DNA from: Sphingomonadales bacterium
GTDB taxonomy: Bacteria > Pseudomonadota > Alphaproteobacteria > Sphingomonadales > Sphingomonadaceae
Length of the DNA: 37,833 nucleotides
Direction: 5' to 3'
NCBI GenBank assembly: GCA_038326915.1
Contig: JBBQKM010000001.1
Span: 1 to 37,833 of the forward strand
Both the position numbers and the translations under genes were made by a program. The notes under the pieces were generated by a model that saw only the letters and a list, made by a program, of their open reading frames with translations, made no database searches and had not been told where the DNA came from. Positions within the stretch are counted from its first letter, which is position 1. Every line of letters starts with the position of its first letter. This document shows, piece by piece, positions 1 through 7,631 of this stretch.

Positions 1-685
1 AGGGGATGCGATCTTCGGGGATCAGTATCTCGACCACCGGATCGGCGCCGGGATCGCCGGTGACGAGCACGACCGACGCCGCATCGGCATCGGGGGCAAG
101 CCAGCCCTGATAGGCTTCCGGATCGGCGATCGTCGCGCTGAGGCCGACACGGCGCACCGCCGGCGCCAGCGCCTGCAGCCGTGACAGCGCGAGGCTTAGC
201 TGGTCGCCGCGCTTGGTCGTCGCAAAGGCGTGGATTTCATCGACGATGACGGTCTGCACGCCGGCGAGCATCGTCGCCGCGTCGGGGTACGAGATCAGCA
301 GCGCCAGCGATTCGGGTGTCGTCAGCAATATATGCGGCGGCCGCTCGCGCTGGCGCTTCTTGCGTTCGGACGGCGTGTCGCCGGTGCGGGTCTCGACGCG
401 GATACCGAGGCCGATTTCGGTGACCGGCGTCAACAGATTGCGCTGAACATCGGTCGCCAGCGCCTTCAGCGGCGAGACATAGATGGTGTGGAGTCCATCG
501 CGCGGGTGCTCGGCCAGATCGGCAAGCGTCGCCAGAAATCCTGCGAGCGTTTTCCCCGCCCCCGTCGGCGCCACCAGCAGCGCATGCCGCCCGGCGCGCG
601 CCGCCGCGACCATCTCGAGCTGGTGCCGGCGCGGGTGCCAGCCGCGCGTGGCGAACCAGTCGGCGATTGGGGTGGGGAGGGTCAC
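1..685 (-). CDS. Ligase-associated DNA damage response DEXH-box helicase (Lhr-like), N-terminal part; runs off the left edge
   Basis: Not in the ORF track because it has no stop in the window. Manual translation from GTG at 685: MTLPTPIADWFATRGWHPRRHQ...APTGAGKT (Walker A)...YVSPLKALA...RTGDT...TTPESL...DEIH (motif II)...GLSAT (motif III). Confidence 0.9.
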   Translation of the reverse strand, partial: MTLPTPIADWFATRGWHPRRHQLEMVAAARAGRHALLVAPTGAGKTLAGFLATLADLAEHPRDGLHTIYVSPLKALATDVQRNLLTPVTEIGLGIRVETRTGDTPSERKKRQRERPPHILLTTPESLALLISYPDAATMLAGVQTVIVDEIHAFATTKRGDQLSLALSRLQALAPAVRRVGLSATIADPEAYQGWLAPDADAASVVLVTGDPGADPVVEILIPEDRIP

Positions 686-798
686 ATCGGCGATATAGGA
701 CTCTGGGCCGCAAAGTGCACCGGGCCTGAGCCAACTCGGGCAGTGGCGTCGACAAGCATCTGTCAGAGACTGTACGTGGTGGAATCCACGACCGTGCG

Positions 799-827
799 AT
801 GACAGCGATCGCCCAGTTGCTGACGTT
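799..827. repeat. Imperfect palindrome, left boundary of low-GC cassette-like gene
   Basis: ATGACAGC-GATCGCCCAGTT-GCTGACGT(T): 8-bp arms with 2 mismatches around a 12-nt spacer; related to 1514-1543. Confidence 0.6.
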
Positions 828-853
828 CGGCAATGACGAGTAACATCGTGATA

Positions 854-1525
854 ATGACCGCCGAACAGCTTTCAAAACTATGGGGCTTCGCTCGGGGAGA
901 TGTCGCTGAGATCACTTTCGAAAAGTGGTTTCTCGCGCAGGACGATCTCGAGATTCCACTTGGGGAAGGCCTGCATTGGACCCTTGCTTCAGCCGATTAT
1001 CGCGACAGAGACGTAGTATGGCAGCTTCGGAAATCGCTTGCTCAACGTCTCGCGCCGCGTGCGAGGTGCGAATGCGCTTCCCTTCGGAACCTCGCCGCCA
1101 TTCCAATGGGTGGTGACGGACTCGATGAACGGGTGTTCGCGACGATTGAGAATGTCTGGAATCATGGAGGCGACCTTTGGTGGCTTCATCTCTCGAGATG
1201 TGGCGAGTGTGGCCAGCATTGGATGATCGCTCAGGATGAGCGCATTTTTGACACGTATTTTCTTCGTCGGGTTAGCAAAGAAGCGGCAGACGATATGTTG
1301 GTGCACAGTTGGCCAGATGAATTTATAACCTACGAGCGCGTTTTGAATATTGGCCACACGTTAGCCAGGCCATGTGTTTTTATGGACGCAATGTCGGGAG
1401 AGTTGATCTGGTCAGCGCAAGATTTGCGAAAAGCGCGTCCAGAAATCACCGTTGACGAGATCGCGCGCTTGCTTGGAGTGACGCCTAAGCACGCGAAGAG
1501 CCTCCTCCAGGCCAACGGCAGCTAA
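854..1525 (+). CDS. Hypothetical protein (CxC and CxxC motifs, C-terminal helix-turn-helix-like segment), low GC
   Basis: ORF 833..1525; ATG at 854 preferred (833 is the alternative). Motifs CEC and CGEC; ends ITVDEIARLLGVTPKHAKSLL. Hand-counted GC is 31/60 (1261-1320) and 26/60 (1321-1380) versus 50/60 in epmA (3061-3120). Confidence 0.75.
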   Translation: MTAEQLSKLWGFARGDVAEITFEKWFLAQDDLEIPLGEGLHWTLASADYRDRDVVWQLRKSLAQRLAPRARCECASLRNLAAIPMGGDGLDERVFATIENVWNHGGDLWWLHLSRCGECGQHWMIAQDERIFDTYFLRRVSKEAADDMLVHSWPDEFITYERVLNIGHTLARPCVFMDAMSGELIWSAQDLRKARPEITVDEIARLLGVTPKHAKSLLQANGS

Positions 1526-1543
1526 CCATCCGACAGCAGCCAT
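1514..1543. repeat. Imperfect palindrome, right boundary of cassette-like gene, contains its stop codon
   Basis: (A)ACGGCAGC-TAACCATCCGACA-GCAGCCAT: same arm pattern as 799-827; TAA at 1523-1525 is the stop of the upstream ORF. Confidence 0.6.
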
Positions 1544-1604
1544 CAGTCATCGATCAACACACAGCCCAATCCCGAATTTTTCCCTAACCCAGCGAGGATT
1601 GGCC

Positions 1605-1985
1605 ATGCCAACCGGATCATGTCTCTGTGGCGCCGTCACGTTCAGCGTCGCGGGCGCGTTGCCGCCGCCCAATGCCTGCCATTGCTCGCAATGTCGCAGG
1701 CAATCGGGGCATTACTGGGCCTCCTCCGATGTGCCGCGTGAGGCGTTGGCGATCACCGGCGCCGAGCGGCTGACCTGGTTTCAATCCTCTGCGACTGTCC
1801 GCCGCGGCTTTTGCGCCACGTGCGGGTCGTTCCTGTTCTGGGATCCGGCAGGCCGCGCCAAAATCGCCGTTGCGATGGGGGCGTTCGACGCGCCGACCGG
1901 CACGCAGCTCGCGCTGCACATCTTTGTTGCCGACAAGGGCGATCACTACGACATCGCCGACGGCTTGCCGCAGAACGCGGCGTAG
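1605..1985 (+). CDS. GFA family (glutathione-dependent formaldehyde-activating / CENP-V) zinc-binding protein
   Basis: GSCLCGAV...CHCSQCRR...RGFCATCGS pattern; GAGGA SD upstream of ATG 1605. Confidence 0.92.
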   Translation: MPTGSCLCGAVTFSVAGALPPPNACHCSQCRRQSGHYWASSDVPREALAITGAERLTWFQSSATVRRGFCATCGSFLFWDPAGRAKIAVAMGAFDAPTGTQLALHIFVADKGDHYDIADGLPQNAA

Positions 1986-1988
1986 CGA

Positions 1989-2561
1989 TCAGTCCTTGGC
2001 GCGCTCGACATAGCTTGAATCTTCGGTGTTGATGACGATGCGGGTGCCGACATCGATGTGCGGCGGCACCATCACGCGGGCGCCGCTTTCGACCGTCGCG
2101 GGCTTGTAGCTCGATGATGCGGTCTGGCCTTTGACCACCGGTTCGGTGGCGATGATCGCCATGGTGACGCGCGGCGGCAGGGTGATCGACACCGGCTTGC
2201 CTTCGAACATCAGCAGCGCGCATTCGGCGTTTTCCCGCAGGAATTCGGCGGCTTCGCCGATCATCAGGGTGGGCACGATGATCTGTTCGTAATTTTCGTT
2301 GTTGATGAAGATGAAATTGTCGCCGTCGTGATAGAGGTAGTTGTGGCTGACCTCCTCGACGAACGCCCGCTCCAGGCCTTCGCCGGTCTTGACGGTGATC
2401 TGGGTTTTCACGCCATCCGAGATGCGGCGCATTTCGACCGTCGTGGTCGGCGTGCCCTTGCCGGGGCGGAAGGTATCGGCCTTGAGCACGACATAAAGCT
2501 GGCCATCGTCATGTTCGATGACATTGCCCTTGCGGACGTTGCTGGCGATGACCTTGACCAT
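1989..2561 (-). CDS. efp: Elongation factor P
   Basis: MVKVIASNVRKGN...RPGKG loop...KGQTASSSYKPA...VPPHI...INTEDSSYVER; divergent from epmA. Confidence 0.95.
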   Translation of the reverse strand: MVKVIASNVRKGNVIEHDDGQLYVVLKADTFRPGKGTPTTTVEMRRISDGVKTQITVKTGEGLERAFVEEVSHNYLYHDGDNFIFINNENYEQIIVPTLMIGEAAEFLRENAECALLMFEGKPVSITLPPRVTMAIIATEPVVKGQTASSSYKPATVESGARVMVPPHIDVGTRIVINTEDSSYVERAKD

Positions 2562-2659
2562 GAATAAGCCCCTTGCGCCGGGGATTTCCCCCGCTGAACT
2601 TGCGCTCCTAGCGGCGAAGCGGCCAAAGGCCAAGTTTCTCGTAATCCGAAGGCGTATCG

Positions 2660-3679
2660 ATGACCCCCTACTGGCACCGCGACCGGCATTCCGACCGGCG
2701 CCCGCTGCTGCTGGCGCGTGGCCGCGTCAAGGCGGCGCTGCGCGGCTGGTTCGCGCAGCAAGGCTTTACCGAGGTCGAATGCGGCGCCATCCAGCGGTCG
2801 CCCGGCAACGAAACGCATCTCCACGCCTTTGCCTGCACCTGGCAGCCGGAGGGCGGCGAGGCGGCCACGCGCTACCTCCACACCTCGCCCGAATTCGCCG
2901 CGAAAAAGCTGCTGGCGGCGGGCGAAACCCGCATCGTCGATTTCGCCCGGGTGTGGCGCAACCGCGAATCGGGGCCGTTGCACGCACCCGAATTCACCAT
3001 GATCGAATGGTACCGGACCGATGCCCCCTGGACCGACGTGATGGCCGATGCGGTCGAACTCTGCCGCACGGCGCTGGCGGCGGCGGGGCGCGATCGGCTG
3101 AGCTGGCGCGACCGGGCGTGCGACCCGATGGCCGACGCCGAACGGCTTACACTGTGCGACGCCTTCGATCGCCACGCCGGGTTGCGGCTGGTCGATCTGC
3201 TCGACGATCGCGATGCGCTCGCCGCAGCGACGGCCGGGCTGGGCATCACCGTTGCGGCAGACGACAGCTGGTCCGACCTGTTCAGCAAGATCATCGTGAC
3301 GCGGATCGAGCCGCAGCTGGGGCAAGACCGCCTGACATTGCTGTGCGAATATCCGATTGCCGAGGCGGCACTGGCCCGCCCCTGCCCCGGCGACCCGCGC
3401 TTTGCCGAACGGTTCGAAATGTATGCCTGCGGCGTGGAACTCGCCAACGGCTTTGGCGAATTGACCGATGCGGCCGAGCAGCGCCGGCGCTTTGTCGCCG
3501 ACATGGACGACAAGGCGCGGCTGTACGGCGAACGCTATCCGATCGACGAGGAACTGCTGGCGGCGCTCGCCTTCATGCCGCCGGCGAGCGGCGTCGCGCT
3601 GGGCTTTGAACGGCTGGCGCTGCTGGCGACCGGCGGGCAGCATATAAACGACATGATCTGGACGCCGTTTCCGCTCTGA
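2660..3679 (+). CDS. epmA: EF-P lysine aminoacylase (EpmA/GenX/PoxA)
   Basis: LysRS catalytic-domain-only protein: LHTSPEF, FARVWRNRE...HAPEFTMIEWY, ERFEMY..GVELANGF.EL, GVALGFERL; adjacent to efp. Confidence 0.95.
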   Translation: MTPYWHRDRHSDRRPLLLARGRVKAALRGWFAQQGFTEVECGAIQRSPGNETHLHAFACTWQPEGGEAATRYLHTSPEFAAKKLLAAGETRIVDFARVWRNRESGPLHAPEFTMIEWYRTDAPWTDVMADAVELCRTALAAAGRDRLSWRDRACDPMADAERLTLCDAFDRHAGLRLVDLLDDRDALAAATAGLGITVAADDSWSDLFSKIIVTRIEPQLGQDRLTLLCEYPIAEAALARPCPGDPRFAERFEMYACGVELANGFGELTDAAEQRRRFVADMDDKARLYGERYPIDEELLAALAFMPPASGVALGFERLALLATGGQHINDMIWTPFPL

Positions 3680-4258
3680 TCAGTCGAGCATCTGGGGATT
3701 GGCCTTTTTCAGGTCGGTCGCCGGGATATTCACCGCGGTAACGATCCGCTTGACGATCTGCTGGCCGCGCCAGCCATGGGTGGCGCTGGGGCCCTGGTCG
3801 CCCTTGACGATATATGGCGCCTGGTCGTTCCAAGGTGCCACCTTGATCGTCGCCATGCCGACATTGTGTTCATAGCGAACATAGGAGGAATTGGCGCCGG
3901 TCGCCGGCGACAGGCTGTAGCCCATGCGCCGCCCGGCAAAGCCGGTGAGCGCATCGGCAAAGGTGCGCGCTTCGGCCTTCCAGTCGGCCAGCGCCGTGGT
4001 GTCATAGCCGGTGACGGGTTTTTCGGTATAGGCCGTCACGAACAGGAACGTGCCTTGCCCCGGCGCCGTCGGCGAATGGCCGATGACGAAGTTGCGGAAA
4101 TCCAGCGCGCGCGCCGCAGCATCCTTGAAGCTCGACGACATGTGGAAGCCATACAGCCCGGTCGGCGTTTGCAGCACGATGGCGCGGCACGCCGCGATAC
4201 TGGGGAAACCGATTTGCAACGGATCGAAAGCCCAGTGATTCTCCAGCAGTTCCGGCAT
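3680..4258 (-). CDS. Hypothetical protein, possible CNF1/CheD/YfiH-like cysteine hydrolase (deamidase) fold
   Basis: ATG 4258 with GGAGAGGGG SD; 192 aa; N-terminal motif IAACRAIVLQTPTGLYGFH. The CDS is well supported; the fold call is speculative. Confidence 0.7.
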   Translation of the reverse strand: MPELLENHWAFDPLQIGFPSIAACRAIVLQTPTGLYGFHMSSSFKDAAARALDFRNFVIGHSPTAPGQGTFLFVTAYTEKPVTGYDTTALADWKAEARTFADALTGFAGRRMGYSLSPATGANSSYVRYEHNVGMATIKVAPWNDQAPYIVKGDQGPSATHGWRGQQIVKRIVTAVNIPATDLKKANPQMLD

Positions 4259-4353
4259 TGCCCGTTCCCCTCTCCCCGATCGCGACATCCTGCCACTGCG
4301 GCGACGGTTTCGGAAGATTGTAAATCCGCCTGCTGCCGCCCCATGTTGCTGGC

Positions 4354-5361
4354 GTGACATCTCCCGCATCCCCCGACTGGCTGATCCCGCACCCCGAGGG
4401 GATCTATATCGCCCCCGCCGATGTCTGGATCGATCCGTCGACGCCGAAACCCGCAGCGCTGGTCACCCATGGCCATGCCGATCATGCCCGCGCCGGCCAT
4501 GGCAAGGTGCTGGCAACGCGCGAGACGCTGGCGATCATGGATGTGCGCTATGGCGATCAGGCCGGCGGCCAGGGTGTGGCCTATGGCGAAACGCTGCGGC
4601 TTGGCGATGTCAGCGTGCGCTTCGTCCCCGCCGGCCATGTGCTCGGATCGGCGCAGATCGTGCTGGAACACAAGGGGCAGCGCATCGTCGTGTCGGGCGA
4701 TTACAAGCGCCGGCCCGATCCGACCTGCGCGGCCTTCGAACCGGTGGCGTGCGATGTGTTTGTGACCGAAGCGACCTTTGGCCTGCCGGTGTTCCGCCAC
4801 CCGCCGACGCGCGGCGAAACCGACAAGGTGCTGGCAACGCTGGCCGCCAACCCCGACCGGCCGGTGCTCGTCGGTGCCTATGCGCTGGGCAAGGCGCAGC
4901 GGGTGATCGCCGAACTGCGCGCTGCAGGCCACGACGCGCCGATCTACATCCATGGTGCCTTGCAACGCTTGTGCGACCTGTATGAACGCTTTGGCGTGCA
5001 ACTGGGCGACCTGCGCCCGGCGATGGGGCTGAAGCCTGCCGAGATGAAGGGCGCGGTGATCGTCGCGCCGCCGTCGGCGCTCGCCGATCGCTGGTCGCGG
5101 CGGCTGCCCGATCCGGTCACCGCAATGGCTTCGGGGTGGATGCGCGTCCGCCAGCGCGCCGTGCAGCGCGGGATCGAACTGCCGCTGATCATTTCCGATC
5201 ACGCCGATTGGGACGAATTGACCGACACGATCACCGAACTGCGCCCCGGCGAAGTCTGGGTCACCCATGGCCGCGAGGAGGCGCTGATCCACTGGTGCGG
5301 GCTGCACCAGGTCCGGGCGCGCGCGCTCGACCTTGTCGGGCGTGAGGATGATGAGGACTAG
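4354..5361 (+). CDS. Ligase-associated DNA damage response exonuclease (MBL/beta-CASP)
   Basis: THGHADH, AGHVLGSAQ, SGDYK, TEATFG, YALGKAQR, SDHADW, THG motifs. Confidence 0.93.
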   Translation: MTSPASPDWLIPHPEGIYIAPADVWIDPSTPKPAALVTHGHADHARAGHGKVLATRETLAIMDVRYGDQAGGQGVAYGETLRLGDVSVRFVPAGHVLGSAQIVLEHKGQRIVVSGDYKRRPDPTCAAFEPVACDVFVTEATFGLPVFRHPPTRGETDKVLATLAANPDRPVLVGAYALGKAQRVIAELRAAGHDAPIYIHGALQRLCDLYERFGVQLGDLRPAMGLKPAEMKGAVIVAPPSALADRWSRRLPDPVTAMASGWMRVRQRAVQRGIELPLIISDHADWDELTDTITELRPGEVWVTHGREEALIHWCGLHQVRARALDLVGREDDED

Positions 5362-7016
5362 GGCGCGACGAGCCGGTAACTGTTGCAGATCTCGCGCGGT
5401 GACACCGGCGTGACCGTTTCCCAGGCCTTGGCGAACCAGTCGCGCTGATACCGCTGGTCCACCCGCCCGGCGCGGTCGCGCAGGCCCAGCCGCAGCAATG
5501 TCAGATACAGGCCCTGATCGGCGCGGTCGGGCTCGAGATTCGCCCAGCGCGCGAGCAGCCCCGGCCCGGCAACCACCGCCGCTGGCGCGCCCATCCGGCA
5601 CAGGCCGACTGTGATTTCGGACTGGCGGCGCTTCCCGGCCAGCGCGTTGATCAGCACCGGCAGCGCCGGCGGCCCGAGGTCGCCGATTCGGCGATAAAGA
5701 TAGCCCGAATCGTCGAGCCAATGTTCCTTGCGTTGCCAGTCGAGCTGTTCCGCCAGCCGCACCTGTGTCGCGCGGGGATAAAGCGCCAGGATACGCGGGC
5801 CATAGGCGGCGAACTGGTCGTCCGGGAGCGCCGCGACGAGTTCGGCAAACATCTTGCCGGCGCCGATCTGGCGCGACCCGGCATCGACGGCCGTTTCCAG
5901 CGCCGCCATGATCCGCGCGGCCTGCGGGCGCAACCGCTCGGGGTCGCTGCGCAGGATGGCGAAATCATTGCCGTTGAGGCCCTCGCTCAACGGATCGGCG
6001 ATCAGCCGGTCGAGATCGGCCACCGCGATGGCGATGCCGCGCGCCTCGGCTGCGGCGATCAGGCTGGCGACAAACGCCGGATCGCTGCCGACGCGATCGG
6101 CCGGGGCGACGCGCCGCAGCCCTAGCGCCGTGGCCAGCACCACCGCGTCGGAACGGTAACGTGACCCGACATCGTGAAGCGGCTTGAACCCGGTGCGATA
6201 AAAGCCGGCATCGCAATCCCAGCTCGGCCCGCCGGAATTGAGGAAACAGCCCATCACCGGCATGGGAAACCACGCCAGCGGCGAGGCAATGCCGCCGCGC
6301 AGGACAAAGCGCTGGCGGTCGGGCGTTGTCACCGTTGTCGTGATCAGCCGCAGGGGCATCCCGACGCGGGTCGTCTTGTCCTGATCGACCTGCACGGTGA
6401 CCGCCGGCAGCCGCGGTTGTTCGGGCTGCTGCACCATGCAGAATCGCCGTTCCATCGCGCGGTCCTTGTAACTGTCGCCAGTATCGTCGTGGAACCAGTT
6501 ACGGAAAACGCCAGCCTGGACCATGCCCGGCGCACTTGCCAGCGTCCGGCAGGGGGCATCGGCAACCATCCGGTTCGACCGCCAGGGGCGGTCGCCGCTC
6601 TTCACATCATAGCTATAGACGACCGGCAGGGCATAGTTCTGCACCAGCCAGCCATCGGCAATGTCACCGGCCTCGGGCGAGCCCTTGATGCCGACCAGCG
6701 CCTGTGCCTGCGGATCGAACGGCACCTTGACCGATGCGTTGTTGGCGGCAATCTCGCGCCCCAACGCCGCGATCGTCGACTGGTCGAGCGCCGCGAACGC
6801 CGCATAGCCGCCGAACCAGGCGATCGGCAGCAGCAGATACCAGCGCGATACCCGGCCGAGGATCGCCTCGATCCCGGTGCCGATGAAGCCGGCGTTGACA
6901 AGCGCCACCGACCAGAAAAACGCCGCCACGAGCATCAGCAGGAAGCCGGTCCACGGAAAGACCTGCAGCAGGAACACCACGCCGGTGGCAGCAAAGAACA
7001 GGAATGATTTCGGCAT
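5358..7016 (-). CDS. Hypothetical membrane protein (about 3 N-terminal TM helices, large extracytoplasmic/helical domain)
   Basis: 552-aa ORF with typical codon usage, hydrophobic first ~80 aa, GGGGG upstream of ATG; several Cys. Confidence 0.75.
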   Translation of the reverse strand: MPKSFLFFAATGVVFLLQVFPWTGFLLMLVAAFFWSVALVNAGFIGTGIEAILGRVSRWYLLLPIAWFGGYAAFAALDQSTIAALGREIAANNASVKVPFDPQAQALVGIKGSPEAGDIADGWLVQNYALPVVYSYDVKSGDRPWRSNRMVADAPCRTLASAPGMVQAGVFRNWFHDDTGDSYKDRAMERRFCMVQQPEQPRLPAVTVQVDQDKTTRVGMPLRLITTTVTTPDRQRFVLRGGIASPLAWFPMPVMGCFLNSGGPSWDCDAGFYRTGFKPLHDVGSRYRSDAVVLATALGLRRVAPADRVGSDPAFVASLIAAAEARGIAIAVADLDRLIADPLSEGLNGNDFAILRSDPERLRPQAARIMAALETAVDAGSRQIGAGKMFAELVAALPDDQFAAYGPRILALYPRATQVRLAEQLDWQRKEHWLDDSGYLYRRIGDLGPPALPVLINALAGKRRQSEITVGLCRMGAPAAVVAGPGLLARWANLEPDRADQGLYLTLLRLGLRDRAGRVDQRYQRDWFAKAWETVTPVSPREICNSYRLVAP

Positions 7017-7088
7017 TTGCCCCCCGGCGTGCGTCGCGACAACATTGCGGCGCGGGCGCGGAAAGGGAAGCGATTTTGGCGCGGTGCA

Positions 7089-7123
7089 CGGGGACGGCGA
7101 CGGCCGGTTCGCCGCCGTCCCCG
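7089..7123 (-). terminator. GC-rich hairpin just downstream of yjhX (terminator or 3-prime stabiliser; no U-tract)
   Basis: CGGGGACGGCGACG / CGCCGCCGTCCCCG 14-bp stem with one G-U pair on the minus strand. Confidence 0.45.
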
Positions 7124-7127
7124 GCGG

Positions 7128-7382
7128 TCACCGGTTGTCGAGTTGGGCACGCACCGCCCGCAGCCCCGCCTGGGAAATACGGTAGGGCTGGCCGCGCGAC
7201 GACGCCACCAGCCCGCGTCGCCGCAGTTTGGCGAACAGCGCGAGGTTGAAATCGGCCAGCGCATGGCCTTCGCGGGTGAAGCAGGTGGCGGCGATGATGC
7301 GATCGCCGTCGCGGTCGTGGCGGATGGCACCGCCCTGCGCCAGCGCGTGCAGCACGCGCTGTTCGGTCCGTGAAATGTTCAT
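7128..7382 (-). CDS. yjhX: YjhX/TopAI family toxin (UPF0386)
   Basis: MNISRTEQRVLHALAQGG...CFTREG...FAKLRRRGLVASSRGQPYRIS..GLRAVRAQLDNR is the characteristic 84-aa family sequence. Confidence 0.92.
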   Translation of the reverse strand: MNISRTEQRVLHALAQGGAIRHDRDGDRIIAATCFTREGHALADFNLALFAKLRRRGLVASSRGQPYRISQAGLRAVRAQLDNR

Positions 7383-7484
7383 GGGATGCTCGTTGCAAAA
7401 GGTCGCAATCAGCCTGGGGTCGCGACCGCGCGGGGTCCGCAACCATGGGGCGCCCGGCAACGTCTCGCGGATCACCGCAGACGT

Positions 7485-7511
7485 TCAGCGACCGGCGACA
7501 AGCTCCAGCAT
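7485..7511 (-). CDS. Putative leader peptide (toiL-like uORF) MLELVAGR
   Basis: ATG CTG GAG CTT GTC GCC GGT CGC TGA with GGAG SD upstream; lies between a sigma70-like promoter and yjhX; complementary to the yjhX start region. Confidence 0.72.
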   Translation of the reverse strand: MLELVAGR

Positions 7512-7543
7512 CAACGCTCCATCCCGCACATCGGGAGCTGTGC

Positions 7544-7573
7544 AAAATACCTTGCTGCGCCGTGTCGCGTCAA
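7544..7573 (-). promoter_or_regulatory. Sigma70-like promoter for the leader-yjhX transcript
   Basis: Minus strand TTGACG-N18-TATTTT. Confidence 0.6.
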
Positions 7574-7631
7574 TGATTGGCATATGGGCCCGGCTTTGAC
7601 GGCATCGACGCGACGCGGCATGACCGGCGCG

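Noticed and set aside
825-1646. Canonical integron attC (GTTCGGC at 825, AGCTAAC at 1520)
   Set aside because: Each differs from GTTRRRY/RYYYAAC, no complementary core site with L boxes follows in the intergenic space, and no intI is present. Kept only as the non-canonical cassette hypothesis.
686-4353. LexA (GTTC-N7-GTTC) boxes upstream of the repair genes
   Set aside because: No matching direct repeat seen upstream of either the helicase or the exonuclease.
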